64,000 nt of DNA, taken from positions 1 to 64,000 of the forward strand of contig CBDBZY010000045.1 in assembly GCA_965213685.1 (NCBI GenBank), written 5' to 3'. The position numbers were made by a program, and so were the translations under genes. Source of the stretch: a bacterium (GTDB lineage Bacteria; UBA8248). Below are positions 21,190-30,854 of this stretch, in pieces. The notes beneath the pieces were generated by a model. That model was not told the origin of the DNA and made no database searches. It was given only the letters and a program-made list of their open reading frames with translations. Each line of letters opens with the position of its first letter. The stretch's first letter is position 1.

Positions 21190-22644
21190 ATGAAGCCGAT
21201 GAATTTTTTGCTCTTGATGGACGATGAGCATACCCAGAAAATGCTGGGCTGCTACGGCCACCCCCTCGTCCAGACGCCCCATCTCGACGCGCTCGCGGCA
21301 TCGGGCACCCGGTTCGAGAGCGCCTATACGAACTGCCCCATCTGCGCGCCGGCCCGCGCCAGCTTCGCCACGGGCAAATATGTGCACGAGATCGGCGCCT
21401 GGGACAACGCGCATCCCTATGAGGGGGAGCCGCCGGGCTGGGGCCACCGCCTCCAGGAGAACGGCGTGAGAACCACTTCGGTCGGCAAGCTCCATTATCG
21501 AAACGTCGATCTGCCCACCGGCTTTGACGAGCAGCTCATTCCGATGCACGTGCCCAAGGGGGGGCGGGGCGACGTGTTCAGCGCCATCCGTGATGAAAGG
21601 GGTTTGCCGCCCAGAGACCATCCGGAGTGGATGGCCGAGCGCATCGGGCCGGGAGATTCGCAATACATCGCGTATGACGGGCAGGTGACGGATTTGGCGT
21701 GCGAGTGGCTGGCGCGGGAGGCGCCCAAGCGCGGCGAACGCCCCTGGGCGTTGTTCGTCTCCCTCACGTGCCCGCATTTTCCCTTCATCGCCCCGCCCGG
21801 GTTTTATGACCTCTACCCGTTGGAGGACATCCCGCTTCCGAGGCCGCATCCCTCGGGCGGGTATGACTGGCACCCCTGGATCGCGGCGCTTCACGAATGC
21901 GCGCCCTATGACGCCTACTTTGACGAGCGCAAGCGCCGCGTCGCCCTGGCGTCGTATTTCGCCATGGTCAGCTACGTGGATGCGAACGTCGGCAAGATTC
22001 TGCGCGTCCTGGAGGAGTCCGGCTTGCGGGAGAACACGCGCGTGGTCTTCGCCAGCGACCACGGAGACAACCTCGGGGAGCGCGGCCTTTGGGGGAAATC
22101 CACCATGTATGAGGAATCGGTCGCCGTGCCGCTCATCGTTTCCGGCCCCGACGTCCCCAGCGGGAAGACGTCGAAAACGCCGGTCTCGCTCATTGATTTG
22201 TATCCGACCGCACTCGATGGCGCAGGCCTTCTGGAGAGCGGGGAGGAGGAGCGGCTGCATGGCGCCTCGCTGTTTCGCACCGCGAACGAGCCGGATGCGC
22301 CCGAGCGTGAAATTTTCAGCGAATTCCACGCGCTTGGCGCCAAGACGGGCTTGTTCATGATTCGCCGCGGGCGCTACAAGTACATCCATTACGTGGGACA
22401 CGCGCCCGAGTTGTTCGACCTGGAGGACGACCCGGACGAGCGCCGCGACATCTCCCGGAATCCCGCCCATCAATCCGTTCTCGCCGAACTCAGGGCGCGC
22501 CTCTTGCGCGTTGTGGACCCGGATGCCGTGGATCGGAGGGCGAAGGCGGACCAGGCGGCGCTGATCGAGCGGCACGGAGGGCGCGACGCCGTCATCAGGG
22601 TCGGCATCAGTTTCGCCTCCCCGCCTCCGGGGGATAGGGGATAG
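21190..22644 (+). CDS. Sulfatase (choline-sulfatase-like)
   Basis: MDDEH, TPHLD, CAPAR (CxPxR), GKLH, SDHGD, WGKSTMYEES. Confidence 0.92.
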   Translation: MKPMNFLLLMDDEHTQKMLGCYGHPLVQTPHLDALAASGTRFESAYTNCPICAPARASFATGKYVHEIGAWDNAHPYEGEPPGWGHRLQENGVRTTSVGKLHYRNVDLPTGFDEQLIPMHVPKGGRGDVFSAIRDERGLPPRDHPEWMAERIGPGDSQYIAYDGQVTDLACEWLAREAPKRGERPWALFVSLTCPHFPFIAPPGFYDLYPLEDIPLPRPHPSGGYDWHPWIAALHECAPYDAYFDERKRRVALASYFAMVSYVDANVGKILRVLEESGLRENTRVVFASDHGDNLGERGLWGKSTMYEESVAVPLIVSGPDVPSGKTSKTPVSLIDLYPTALDGAGLLESGEEERLHGASLFRTANEPDAPEREIFSEFHALGAKTGLFMIRRGRYKYIHYVGHAPELFDLEDDPDERRDISRNPAHQSVLAELRARLLRVVDPDAVDRRAKADQAALIERHGGRDAVIRVGISFASPPPGDRG

Positions 22645-22668
22645 GGAGCTCGGGGAGCGGGGGAGAGG

Positions 22669-23811
22669 CTAGCCGAATGGCGAAACGAGACTCTTTCTTC
22701 TCATATAGACGTTCAATACCAGGGCGATGGCGATGAAAGACGAGATGGCGGCGCTCCCCCCGTAGCTGAGCATGGGGAGCGGGATTCCGACGATGGGGAG
22801 CAGGCCGAGCGTCATGCCGATGTTGAAGACGGTGTAGAAGAAAAACGCCGTGGCGATTCCTGCGGCAAGCAGCGCGCCCTCCTTGTCGGCGGCCGCGCGC
22901 GCCGCGTTGAGGCAGCGCTGAATGAAAGTGAAAAACAGGACCAGCACGACGGTGCTGCCGAGAAATCCGAATTCCTCGCTCAGGACGGAGAAAATGAAAT
23001 CGGTATGTTTCTCCGGCAGGAAATGCAGCCTGCTCTGGGTTCCCTGGAGAAGCCCCTTGCCCCAAATCTCCCCGCTGCCCACGGCGATGATGCTTTGTAT
23101 GCTCTGGTATCCTGCGCCGAGTGGGTCGTTCTCGGGATAGAAAAGTGTCAGGATGCGGCGGCGCTGATAGTCCTTGAGGAGAAACCAGCCGAGGGGGGCG
23201 CACGCCACGCCCACGCCTCCCAGGACGATGATGACCCTTCTCTTGACGCCGGCGACCAGAAGCATGACGACCGATATGAGGAGAACCGTAAGTCCGGTGC
23301 CCAAATCGGGCTGCTGGATGATCAGCAGGCCGGGGGCGATCGCCAGGAGCCCCGGGAGGAGGAGCTCCCGGAAGCCCATGGGATTTTCCTGATTCCGGGA
23401 GCCGAGATATTTCGCCAGCACGAGGATGACCGCCAGGCGCGCGAACTCGGAGGGCTGCAGGCGTATGGGGCCAAGGGCGAGCCAGCGTTGCGCGCCGTAG
23501 GACTCCTGGCCCCAAAACTGGACGGCGACGAGCAGAACGGCCACGAGGGCGTAAAACAGATAGGCCCATTGCGTGAAGGTGTGGTAGTCGCAAAAAAGAA
23601 TGCAGAGTAGCACGCCCAGGCCGAGGCATGCCCACACCACCTGTTTGAGGTGCAAGGAATTTTGCGACAAGCCGGGGTTGGAGTGCGTCGCGCTGTAAAT
23701 CATGAAAACGCCCGTCAGGCAAAGCGCGATGGTCGCGAAAACGAGTAGCCAGTCCATCTGCGCGACGGCGTTGCGGAGAGGGGATGAGGAGGAGGCCGTC
23801 AGGGTTTTCAT
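22669..23811 (-). CDS. rodA: Rod shape-determining protein RodA
   Basis: GAQRW, QPSEFA, QPDLGT, PEKHTDFIF, SYGGS. Confidence 0.96.
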   Translation of the reverse strand: MKTLTASSSSPLRNAVAQMDWLLVFATIALCLTGVFMIYSATHSNPGLSQNSLHLKQVVWACLGLGVLLCILFCDYHTFTQWAYLFYALVAVLLVAVQFWGQESYGAQRWLALGPIRLQPSEFARLAVILVLAKYLGSRNQENPMGFRELLLPGLLAIAPGLLIIQQPDLGTGLTVLLISVVMLLVAGVKRRVIIVLGGVGVACAPLGWFLLKDYQRRRILTLFYPENDPLGAGYQSIQSIIAVGSGEIWGKGLLQGTQSRLHFLPEKHTDFIFSVLSEEFGFLGSTVVLVLFFTFIQRCLNAARAAADKEGALLAAGIATAFFFYTVFNIGMTLGLLPIVGIPLPMLSYGGSAAISSFIAIALVLNVYMRRKSLVSPFG

Positions 23812-25718
23812 CTCCGCTCCCCCGGTGCCCGCGCGGCTGTGCGATTCGCTTCTTTTCGCTTCTGCGGGTTCGTCGCCAGAATCTTTTTCTCCCCCTCCCA
23901 GTTTCCCTGGAGGTAAAAGGAAATCAGCTTCCGGGCGTAGGGTGCGAAAAAAGACCCTGGCCGACCGGCGTGTTCTCCCAGGATGGCGAGTGCGATGGCG
24001 GGCTTCTCGTAGGGGGCGAAGGCGACGAACCAGCTGTGGTCCCGATACTTTCGCGGCAGCTTTTCTGGGGCTGTCTTGCGGCCCGTATGCCGCAGGTGAA
24101 CCGCCTGGGCGGTGCCCGTCTTGCCTGCCACGATGAGGCCGGGCACCTGCGCTTTCTTCGCCGTGCCCTTTTTGCCGTGGACAGCCTCTTTGAGGCCCTC
24201 CCGGACTTTGCGGAAAATTCCTTGTCGTATCGGAATCTTGCGAATGCGTCGGGGCTTGGCCCGGAAGAGCACCGCGCCGGCGGGACTCACCACCTTTCTG
24301 ACGACATAGGGTTTCCAGAGGTGGCCGCCGTTCGCCACGGCGGCGGTCATGTTGGCCGCCTGCATGGGCGTCATGAGGTTAAAGCCCTGGCCGATGGATA
24401 CGCTGATCGTCTCGCCAGCATACCATTTCTCGTCGAAGCGGCGGCGCTTCCACGCATCCGATGGCACCAGCCCCCCCTTCTCGTCCGTGGCGAAGCCGGT
24501 GGGCGCGCCCAGCCCGAACAGGCGCGAATAGTGCGCAATGTTCTTGATGCCCAGCTTGTGGCCGACGGTGTAGTAGTAGACGTCGCAGCTTTGGGCGAGA
24601 GACTGGATGAGGTCCATATGGCCGTGCCCCCCCCGCTTCCAGTCCCGGAAGACTCCTCTTCCCAGCCGGAAGGACCCGGTGCAGTGTATGGTTTCATGGG
24701 AGCGGAGAATCTTTCTGTCCAGCGTGGCGAAGGCCATCACGATTTTGAAGATCGAGCCGGGCGGATATTGGCCCCGCGTCGCCCGGTTCTCCAGCGGCCT
24801 GAGCGGGTCCCGCGTGAGGTTTTTCCAGGTTTTGGCGTTGATGCCGGCGGCGAACAGGTTCGGGTTGAAGGACGGATTGCTGACCATCGCCAGGATGGCC
24901 CCGTCCGCCGGGTCGAGGATGACGATGCTTCCCTCGTGTTCGGCGAACAACTCCTCCGCTTTTCTCTGGAGCTCCATGTCGATCGTCAGGTGGACGTCGT
25001 TTCCCGGTTTTTCCCGAAACGGACGGACGACGCGCAACTCTCTTCCGTAGGCGTCTATCTCCACTTGCCGGAAGCCGCTCGCACCGCGCAGGAATTTTTC
25101 CTGGGCCCGCTCGATTCCGTATTTGCCGAGCAAATCCCCCCGGCGGTAGTTCTGCTTTTTCAAGCGGTTCAGCTGATGGCCGTTGACCTCGCCGAGATAG
25201 CCGAGGAGGTGCCCCGTCCGATCCAGCGCCGGGTATTTCCTGAGCGGCGTCACCTGGATGAATACGCCGGGGAAGTCGGGCTTGTTCTCCTCCAGGAAGG
25301 CCATCGTTTTCCGGCTGATGTCCGCTTTGATGAGAAACGGCCGGAAGGGGTTCGCGCGCTGGACTTTCTCGTAGAGCTCCTGATAGGGCTGTTCCGTGAG
25401 TTGCGCCAGCGTCTGAATGGTCGGCCGCAGCTTCTTCGCGTTCTCCTTGGTCATGTAGATGTTGAACGACGCGCGATTGTCCGCCAGGATCTCGCCCCGG
25501 GAGTCAAATACCAGTCCCCTGGGGCTTTTCACGAGGCGGTAGGCGATTCGGTTCTCCTCCGAGAGTTTTCGGAATTTTGGGCCTTGCAGCACCTGCAGGC
25601 CCCAGAGCCTGGCGAACAGGCCAAGCAGAACGACCCCGAAGCAAACGCCCAGTATGTAAATGTTGCGCTGGAGCGCGTCGTTCGTCTCGGGTTTTCGGTT
25701 GGCTTGCCACTCTTTCAT
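23808..25718 (-). CDS. mrdA: Penicillin-binding protein 2
   Basis: PGSIFK (SxxK), SCDVYYY, GKTGTAQ; mre operon. Confidence 0.96.
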   Translation of the reverse strand: MKEWQANRKPETNDALQRNIYILGVCFGVVLLGLFARLWGLQVLQGPKFRKLSEENRIAYRLVKSPRGLVFDSRGEILADNRASFNIYMTKENAKKLRPTIQTLAQLTEQPYQELYEKVQRANPFRPFLIKADISRKTMAFLEENKPDFPGVFIQVTPLRKYPALDRTGHLLGYLGEVNGHQLNRLKKQNYRRGDLLGKYGIERAQEKFLRGASGFRQVEIDAYGRELRVVRPFREKPGNDVHLTIDMELQRKAEELFAEHEGSIVILDPADGAILAMVSNPSFNPNLFAAGINAKTWKNLTRDPLRPLENRATRGQYPPGSIFKIVMAFATLDRKILRSHETIHCTGSFRLGRGVFRDWKRGGHGHMDLIQSLAQSCDVYYYTVGHKLGIKNIAHYSRLFGLGAPTGFATDEKGGLVPSDAWKRRRFDEKWYAGETISVSIGQGFNLMTPMQAANMTAAVANGGHLWKPYVVRKVVSPAGAVLFRAKPRRIRKIPIRQGIFRKVREGLKEAVHGKKGTAKKAQVPGLIVAGKTGTAQAVHLRHTGRKTAPEKLPRKYRDHSWFVAFAPYEKPAIALAILGEHAGRPGSFFAPYARKLISFYLQGNWEGEKKILATNPQKRKEANRTAARAPGERR

Positions 25719-25719
25719 C

Positions 25720-26238
25720 TTACGCCCGCTCCGTATAGGGAGCGCCCGTGGAGGACGGCAGGATTTTTCTTTCTATCATGGAGAGGAGTCCGATGAACAC
25801 CGGCGCCAGGAGGACGTTCAGCCCCACGGTCCGGATTCCCTCCGTCCAGTATCCCGCCGGCAGGGTTTGGTCGGGCAGAAATATTTTCACGAGCGCGGCG
25901 GAAAACAATATGTGGATGATCGATGCCAGGAGCGCCAGCGTGCATTGAAACAGGGTGGCGTGCGCCGAGGCGTTGCGTTGGCCTCCCGCGTAATGGCCGA
26001 TCAGCCCTTTCAGCAGGGCGTTGAGGCCCAGCAGCCCCCCCGAGAGCACATCCTGAAAAAGCCCCAGGACGAATCCGCCGATGAGGCCCGTCGCCCGGTC
26101 CCGACGCAGTCCCAGGAAGACCGCGGCGAGGAGTATGGCGTCCGGCTTGGCGCCAACCCAGTCCAAGGCGTACATGCCCACTTGCGTATCAAAGGCGATC
26201 GCGGTGATGGCGAGTATGCAGTAGAACAGAACAATCAT
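25720..26238 (-). CDS. mreD: Rod shape-determining protein MreD
   Basis: hydrophobic; KPD, GFVLGLFQDVLSG; between mreC and mrdA. Confidence 0.88.
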   Translation of the reverse strand: MIVLFYCILAITAIAFDTQVGMYALDWVGAKPDAILLAAVFLGLRRDRATGLIGGFVLGLFQDVLSGGLLGLNALLKGLIGHYAGGQRNASAHATLFQCTLALLASIIHILFSAALVKIFLPDQTLPAGYWTEGIRTVGLNVLLAPVFIGLLSMIERKILPSSTGAPYTERA

Positions 26239-26240
26239 TC

Positions 26241-27074
26241 TCAGGGGTTTTCCTTTGGTTTGGTCATCAGGATCATGACTTCCTCCAGGCTGGAGAAGTT
26301 CACGACCGGCTTCGCCTTGATTTTCGGGAACAGCCCCCTCCTGTCGGAGATGTCGGTGATATGGGCCACGGGAAACCCTTTGGGGAAAATTCCGCCCAGG
26401 CCGGAGGAGACGAGCATGTCCCCCACCTTGATGTCGATTTCTCCGTCCGTCTCCATATAGCGCACCTCGCGCTCTCCCGTGGAGGAGATGGCGAAGACCC
26501 CCTGCGCGCGCGAGGGCTGCGCGATGACGTTGACCGCGCTTCTCGAATCAAGCAGGAGCAACACCTGGCTCACGCTGGACCCCACGCGGAAAATTCTTCC
26601 CACCAGTCCCGCATGGTGAACGACCGGCATATTCTTGCGCACGCCATCTGCGGCGCCCAGGTCCACTATCAGCGATTTTCCATAAATGTTTCTGTCGTGC
26701 GCCAGGATGCGGGCGAGGCGAACGGGCGCCGGCATGTTCCTGGAGGCTTGGAGCAATTTCTCCAGGCGCGCGATTTTCGATTTCATCTCCTGTATCTGCG
26801 CGTGGTGCACGCTGAGCGATTGCATCTTCTTCCTCAGTGCGGCGTTTTCTTCCCGGGCGTCCCGGAGTTCCCGGTATTCTCGCCAGGCGTCGCTCGACCA
26901 TTTTCCGGGGACGGCGGCGATCCGGACGACCTGCCCCGTAAGGGAGAAAAGAATTCTGTCTATCAAGGTGGAGCGCCCCCGGAGGCGCACGCTGGACGTC
27001 ATGAGCGCGAAACAGACGACAAACAGGGCGATGAGAAGGGTGGCGTTGCGGCGTTGGAGCAGGAACTGAACCAT
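26241..27074 (-). CDS. mreC: Rod shape-determining protein MreC
   Basis: N-terminal TM, coiled coil (EENAALR), GLVGRI, SGLGGIFPKGFPV. Confidence 0.94.
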   Translation of the reverse strand: MVQFLLQRRNATLLIALFVVCFALMTSSVRLRGRSTLIDRILFSLTGQVVRIAAVPGKWSSDAWREYRELRDAREENAALRKKMQSLSVHHAQIQEMKSKIARLEKLLQASRNMPAPVRLARILAHDRNIYGKSLIVDLGAADGVRKNMPVVHHAGLVGRIFRVGSSVSQVLLLLDSRSAVNVIAQPSRAQGVFAISSTGEREVRYMETDGEIDIKVGDMLVSSGLGGIFPKGFPVAHITDISDRRGLFPKIKAKPVVNFSSLEEVMILMTKPKENP

Positions 27075-27153
27075 CGTATTCGGGATTCGCTTTCAGCGCG
27101 AGCGGAAAATGTCATGCCGGAATTGCCGAAGCGCATGAAGAAGAGTGTTTCGG

Positions 27154-28359
<1,206 letters not shown>

Positions 28360-28472
28360 TCAGCCGTCTCCGTTTGCGATGCGGGGAGAGGTGGGCTATT
28401 TTCTGTTGCGTGGTCCGCCGCCATCGCGTTTGCGCGCGATGGGCCATCCATTTGGAAGGAGCCAGGATACGC

Positions 28473-30374
28473 ATGCTTCGCTTTTTGCGCAACAAGGGAA
28501 AGAGCTGGGTTCTGAAGGCGTTGCTGGGGTTTGTCGCGCTCACATTCGTCTCCTTCGGGGGGTTTGCCCTCACGGATGGGCCCAGTCATTCCGGAGGCGC
28601 GCGGGTGGCGGCATGGGTCGATGAGGCTCCCATATCGGTGCGCGAATTCGAGCAGCGCTATTATCAGCAGGCCGAGGCGATCAGGCGGCAGGTGGGCGAC
28701 GCCTATAACGAGGAGCTGGCGCGCCGCCTGCGCCTGCGGCCCCGGGTGCTGGACGCCCTCGTTCTGGAGAAGCTGCAGCTGCGCGAGGCGCGGCGCCTCG
28801 GCGTTCAGGTCACCGATGCGGAGGTCGCGCTTCAGATACAGTCGGTTTCCGCCTTCCAGGAAGAGGGAAAATTCAGCCCCGAGCGCTACCGCGCCGTCCT
28901 GGAGTCGAACGGCCTTACCCCCCGCCAGTTCGAGGAGGAACAGAGGCGCGCCGTCTTGCTCGCGCAGCTTCGCGATTACGTGGGCATGGGGGTGTCGCTC
29001 GGCGAGCAGGAGGCACGCGACGCCTATGCGTGGAGAAACGCGGAGGTGAGGTTGGCCGCGATCCGGCTGCGCCCGGAGACGTTCGCCGGGGAAGTGCCGA
29101 TCCTCGAAGATGACCTGAAGTCCCATTATGAAAAAAACAAGGAAACCTTCCGGACCGCTCCGCAAAGGAAGGTGTCCTGGTGGTATCTCCCGGTTTCCTC
29201 GGTTGCGCAAGGAATCGAGCTGGGCGATGCGGACTTGCGGGCACACTATGGCCGAACGCGCGCCAGGTATGCGAGAGAGGAGAGCGTCTCGATCAACCAG
29301 ATCTTGCTGAAACTTCCTCCCGACGCGAAAAAAGAGGAGGTGGAGGCCAAAAGGAAAAAACTCGAAGCCCTGCGCGAGCGCGTCGTCAAGGGGGAGAAGT
29401 TCACCGAGTTGGCCCAGGCCCACTCCGAGGGTCCGGGGGCGAAGCGGGGGGGCGACCTCGGCACCTTCGGCAGAGGCCAGATGCTGCCCGAGTTGGAGAG
29501 TGCGGCGTATGCCCTCCGAAAGGGAGAGGTGAGCAAACCGGTGAAGACTTCTTTCGGGATGCACCTGTTGTGGGCGAGGGACAGGGTGCCGCCGGGCCAC
29601 AAGCCGTTCGACGAGGCGCGGGAAGACGTGGAAAAAGACTTGCGGGGCTTACGGGCCAGGCAGCGGGCCAAGAGCGCGTTGCGGAAAATCCGCTACGCTG
29701 TGGAGGACAACAAGGCGGAGCCCCGCGTCGCCGGCCTGGAGAAGGGGGAAACGGATTTCTTTGAGGAAGGGCGCCTTTCCGCGCCGCATGTGCGCGCACC
29801 CGACCTGGTGAACGCGCTCGCCTTCGGTCTGAGCGGGGAGGAAAAAATCTCCAGGGAGGAGGAGGATGCGAACGGCGTCGCCTTCGTGCGGCTCGAGGCG
29901 AAAAGAGCGCCCTTTGTCCCCGAGTTCCCGGACGTGCGGAAGCGGGTGGAGACCGCGTTTCTGCATGCCAGGGGCGGTGAGATCGCCAAGCGAAAGGCTG
30001 CGCTCTGGCTTCAGGAGTTGCGGGACAAAAAACGCACCCTCCGGGCCATCGCCGGGGCGCTCAAGTTGCAGGTGCTTGCGCCGGAGGCGTTCAGGCGCGG
30101 GGACGTTCCCGTCGCGCTGGGGTCGTCACGGGACGTCTCCGAGGCGGCATTCGCCCGGAGGAGCGGAGAATTCGGGATGGCCGAATCCGCCGGCGGGGTG
30201 ATTCTGTTCGAAGTGCTGGAGGGGCCCGTGGCGGACATGAAACCGTTCGACTCCGAGAAGGAGAACTTCCGGCGAGAGGCGTTGCGCGTGAAGAGGGCGA
30301 TGGCCTTCGGCCGGTATTTGGAAAAACTCCGGGAGACGGCCAACGTGCGCTTTGCGGAGGGATTCAGCATGTAG
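28473..30374 (+). CDS. ppiD: PpiD-like periplasmic chaperone / peptidyl-prolyl isomerase
   Basis: N-terminal anchor, SurA-N domain, rotamase FTELAQAHSE..GGDLG..KPVKTSFGMH. Confidence 0.85.
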   Translation: MLRFLRNKGKSWVLKALLGFVALTFVSFGGFALTDGPSHSGGARVAAWVDEAPISVREFEQRYYQQAEAIRRQVGDAYNEELARRLRLRPRVLDALVLEKLQLREARRLGVQVTDAEVALQIQSVSAFQEEGKFSPERYRAVLESNGLTPRQFEEEQRRAVLLAQLRDYVGMGVSLGEQEARDAYAWRNAEVRLAAIRLRPETFAGEVPILEDDLKSHYEKNKETFRTAPQRKVSWWYLPVSSVAQGIELGDADLRAHYGRTRARYAREESVSINQILLKLPPDAKKEEVEAKRKKLEALRERVVKGEKFTELAQAHSEGPGAKRGGDLGTFGRGQMLPELESAAYALRKGEVSKPVKTSFGMHLLWARDRVPPGHKPFDEAREDVEKDLRGLRARQRAKSALRKIRYAVEDNKAEPRVAGLEKGETDFFEEGRLSAPHVRAPDLVNALAFGLSGEEKISREEEDANGVAFVRLEAKRAPFVPEFPDVRKRVETAFLHARGGEIAKRKAALWLQELRDKKRTLRAIAGALKLQVLAPEAFRRGDVPVALGSSRDVSEAAFARRSGEFGMAESAGGVILFEVLEGPVADMKPFDSEKENFRREALRVKRAMAFGRYLEKLRETANVRFAEGFSM

Positions 30375-30436
30375 GGGGATTTTCGGGACTTTCTTCGCCG
30401 TTTTTCGCTGCGCGCAGACGCGCGCCTGTTTCGCCG

Positions 30437-30751
30437 TTATCGCCAGAAATCCTCCCGGTCCTCGGGCCTGATCACGTGTTTCTCCTGCATCCCTTTCTCG
30501 AAGAGATCGGCCGCCTCTTTTTTCCTGGCCGCTTGCTGATGCATCAACTCCCGGATGTCGGGAGTCTTCTTCCTGGCCGCCTCGGCAAACGGGTCCTTGA
30601 CCTGGTGGCGCAGAATCCGAACCGAATCCCCCTCCACCTCGAACCGGAGCTGGTTGCCGGGCACGGCGCCGATGGATTTCATGATCTCCTTCGGGAGGTG
30701 GATTCTCCCCCCGTGTCCGATTTCGACGATGTGCGGTTTCTTGCTGTTCAT
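30437..30751 (-). CDS. AbrB/MazE/SpoVT-family DNA-binding protein
   Basis: GRIHLPKEIMKSIGAVPGNQLRFEV swapped-hairpin motif; AAGGAGG RBS. Confidence 0.75.
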   Translation of the reverse strand: MNSKKPHIVEIGHGGRIHLPKEIMKSIGAVPGNQLRFEVEGDSVRILRHQVKDPFAEAARKKTPDIRELMHQQAARKKEAADLFEKGMQEKHVIRPEDREDFWR

Positions 30752-30854
30752 GCGACGCCCCCTCCTTCGCGCGCGGCGCCCTCGGCGCCTTCGGGGGGCA
30801 GACTACCAGCAGACGGGGAAAACAGGAAGCGCCCCTCCTCCGCGCGCGCCAGCG

